A stretch of DNA of 63,629 bases, filler included, from Reclinomonas americana ATCC 50394 (taxonomy: Eukaryota), in NCBI GenBank assembly GCA_048213135.1. It is 7 parts of 5 records of this genome, joined end to end, with 100 filler letters (N's around TTAATTAATTAA, not from the genome) between each part and the next. Parts side by side here need not be neighbours in the genome. Positions count along the whole stretch, not along the records: positions 58,973 to 61,307 come from PS015514.1; positions 61,408 to 63,629 come from PS015518.1; 5 more parts are not named here. One strand, written 5' to 3'. The notes under the pieces are model-generated. The model searched no databases. It saw only the letters and a list, made by a program, of their open reading frames with translations, and had not been told where the DNA came from. This document shows positions 60,752 through 63,629 of this stretch, piece after piece; the stretch's first letter is position 1, and each line of letters opens with the position of its first letter. A program made the translations under genes and the position numbers.

Positions 60752-61564
60752 GTGAGTGGCGGGGTATAGGAGGGAAAGAGAGGGAGAAGAGAGGGGGAAA
60801 GAAGGGGGAAGTGAGGAGAAAGAGAGGGAGAAAAGAGTGGGGAAGAGAGGAGAAAGGGCTTTGTTGCTGTGGCGAGTTGCTGTACTCTCTCGCTTTCTTT
60901 GTCCGCTCAAACCAAATGTGAGTCTCCTCCATTCTGCTCTCGCCTCACTTTATTACCCTCATCTTCGGGTTTCTCTCTATTCCACCTCCCCCATTATCGA
61001 GAAGGAGTGAGTCAGTGTACGAGAGGGAGAGACTGGCCGAGAAAAAGTGGACGAGAATGTGAGTGAGTGAGTGAGGGAGTGAACGAGTAAGTAGCTTGCA
61101 CCTCCTCTCTCTCTCTCTACCCTCTCTCACTCTCTCTCCTCTCTACTTGTATCTGTTTTTCGTCACTCTTTTCTCTCCTCTCAATGAGTCGCCCCTCGCC
61201 CCTGTCGATCACTCTTGTCTCCGTTTGTTGCATTGCCTTCGCGCATTTCTTTCGCTCTCTCTCTCTCTCACTCACTCTCTTCCCTTTCCCTTTCCCTTTC
61301 CCTCCCCNNNNNNNNNNNNNNNNNNNNNNNNNNNNNNNNNNNNNNNNNNNNTTAATTAATTAANNNNNNNNNNNNNNNNNNNNNNNNNNNNNNNNNNNNN
61401 NNNNNNNAGAGAGGAGACTGAGAGAGGAGACTGAGAGAGGAGACTGAGAGAGGAGACTGGGAGGAAAGACTGAGAGAAGGGGCAGAGAGGGGAGAGTAAG
61501 AGGGGAGACTGAGAGAAGAGGCAGAGAGAAGAGACAGAGAGAAGGGAGAGAGACAGAGGAATCA

Positions 61565-61818
61565 ATCATCGAATTCACACTCGACCTTGGTGCATTGCCC
61601 ACAAAAGATCCTTTTGGAGCTGTCAGATCGTGCACCAGGTGCAGTGTGGACAACACCTACACAACGCACATGCACAATGAGTGGAGAGAGAAACCGAGAC
61701 AAAGAGAAAGAAAGAGAGATTGAGACTGAACTTCTCCACATTGTGTGCACACAGTTTCGCCAGCCTCGTTGAGGTCCACCTCGGAGGCACCACAGTGGCG
61801 GCAAGTGGTGCCTGACAT
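61565..61818 (-). CDS. TFIIB-type zinc-ribbon protein (BRF/TFIIB/TAF1B-like), 5' exons
   Basis: MSGTTCRHCGASEVDLNEAGETVCTQCGE|VL: CxxC...CxxCG ribbon; the contig ends before any cyclin fold. Confidence 0.7.
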
Positions 61819-62369
61819 TCTGCTCACTGAGAGACCAGCAAAAGAAACAAGAGGACCAGGGGACACAGTCGTCCAATGTGTCGAGCATGAAGTGCCCAAG
61901 TGGGCCTTCTACTCATGTCCCTTCGCAGAACTCGCGTCATCAATGCCATGTTATTGGCTAACCCTGACCTCCTCACGTCGTGTATGCCGTTCAAGCATGC
62001 ATCTGGCGACGTCGACGACTGTTTCTGTGCTGCTGGTGAAGCGGGAGAGAGAAAAGGGAGATGGAGAAGGGGAGGATGAAAGGGGGAAGGGGAAAGGAGA
62101 ACGAGAAAGAGGAAATGAAAAGGCAGAAAGAAAGAAAGAAGAATGAAAGGGGGGAAGGGGAAAGGAGAAGAAGAAAGGGAGAAGAAGAGAGGAAAGGAAA
62201 TCTCGTTGGTCTGCGTTCTCGTCTCCGCGTTGTTTCCCTGCTTTCCCTTTTCCTTCTCCCTTTTCCTTCTCCTTTCCCCTTCCCCCTTTCTTTCTCCCCA
62301 TTGCGGAGATGGTCCCTGCATCCACGACCCTCGACACATCAACACCCTTCGAGCGCTTACGTTGATTTT

Positions 62370-63476
62370 TCATGCATCGCACACCGTCTTCAACACCACC
62401 GTGAGCTTCCTCCTCAACTCTGCCATCTTGTGCTGCTCCTCCACCGAGCCGGCCACCTCGTTCTCTGTGGTGCTCAACAGCCGGCACGTGTTGCTGAGCA
62501 GAAAGTTGCCGCCATCGCGTCCCGGTGCGGCGGCAGCGGCCGCCCGGCGTACGCAGCTGGCCATGTCGGCGCCGAGCTTCACTGGCACGTGTGGTCTGGC
62601 GAGCACAGCGGCGGGCAATTCGCGAATGTCGAGCAGGGGCATGCGGCCGAGTTCGCCCACGCGGGTGAGCAGGTCGTCGATTTCGGCGGCTTGGCGTGGG
62701 GAGCAGGGGGCGCTGGGTGAGCGAATGGTTTCGTTCCTGGGAGGGGGGAGGGAGGGATGAGGGCGACGGGGAGGTGGGGTCGGAGGGAAAGGGATGAGGT
62801 ACGAAACGCGTAGGCTGGGTTCAGTGCCAAACGCACACCGCCCTCGTCGCCGGCGACGACGTGTGGGTAGTCCCATTGTGATTGCGAGGGGGCGGGGGAG
62901 GCCACGGCCTGTGGATGCGTTGAAGGAAAGGGCAAAGTATGTTGCAGAGACGTGAGCATTACAGTTGGCGCATCCGTAATACCCTCTCTCCACGCAACAG
63001 CTTCAGCCTCCTCTTCTGGCGGTTCCAACGCTTTCTGCTTCTTCCTCGCCTCCACCTGCTCCATCTCATCCGCGAACTCGGCCATGTCGGACTGCGTCGC
63101 GGCCTTGCGGAGGAATGGATGTGACTGCACAATGAAAAGGGGCGGTGAGATGAACACCGCGAAGATGCTCTTGTGTGTGTAGCTACACAGACCTGCAACT
63201 CCAACGCTGATGCTCTGTGCTCCGGTATCTTGACGAGACACCGCGAGAGAAAGTCGCGGAATTCGGGACTCCTGTGGGGCAGCGTGAACGACTCAGAAGT
63301 ATGCAGAAATGAGATAGAGATGCAAACCATTTCTCCTCGTCTTTCAGCTTGGGTGGATCCTGCTTGGGAATCGTAAAGAGTGCCTTCATGGGATGCAGGT
63401 CGGCGAGTGGTGGCTCCATCTCGGCCATCTCAATGGCGGTGATGCCGAGGGACCACACGTCGGCCTTTTCGTCGTA
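62370..63476 (-). CDS. STE20/GCK (MST-like) Ser/Thr kinase, 3' part
   Basis: [62 protein letters not shown]...|HPFL; runs off the window. Confidence 0.93.
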
Positions 63477-63629
63477 CTGGGGATGGGGGAAGGAAGGGGG
63501 AGAGGGTGAGGGTGAGGGCGAGGGAGGGACGGAGGGAGGGAGGGAGGAAGGGAGGGAGAGGGTGAGGGAGAGGGAGAGAGAGAAAGAGAGGGAGAGGGAG
63601 AGGAGAGGGAGGAGGGAGAGGAGAGGAGA

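Overview
Eukaryotic (protist-like) genomic scaffold, GC-rich and intron-dense, apparently a 454-era draft: TACG-cycle noise follows microsatellites, and six 100-bp N+TTAATTAATTAA+N linkers join contigs. About 25 tightly packed genes were reconstructed by hand from splice sites: RPL19, RAMP4/SERP1, ARMH1, a PEBP protein, TMEM65-like, a LYR protein, Cdc25, QCR6, SGT1, thioredoxin, an EF-hand protein, a TFIIB-type zinc-ribbon protein, a STE20 kinase and several hypotheticals. There are also two local gene-family expansions (three intronless beta-propeller-like paralogs; three atypical kinases, two with visible signal peptides) and a NACHT-pentapeptide-WD40 (NLR-like) gene. Main observations: (1) a large class of register-shifted 5' splice sites (mostly non-G|GTTGCGT or GTTTCGT), very rare in model organisms; (2) a 4.87-kb CMC/CACTA-like element (4558-9426) with 11-bp TIRs, a 3-bp TSD and ~11-bp-phased TGGAA subterminal arrays, inserted between two divergent genes; (3) the secreted kinase family; (4) repeat-inflated introns in tiny housekeeping genes, one holding a candidate poison exon. 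Family names come from recalled motifs, not database searches, and the organism is not identified.
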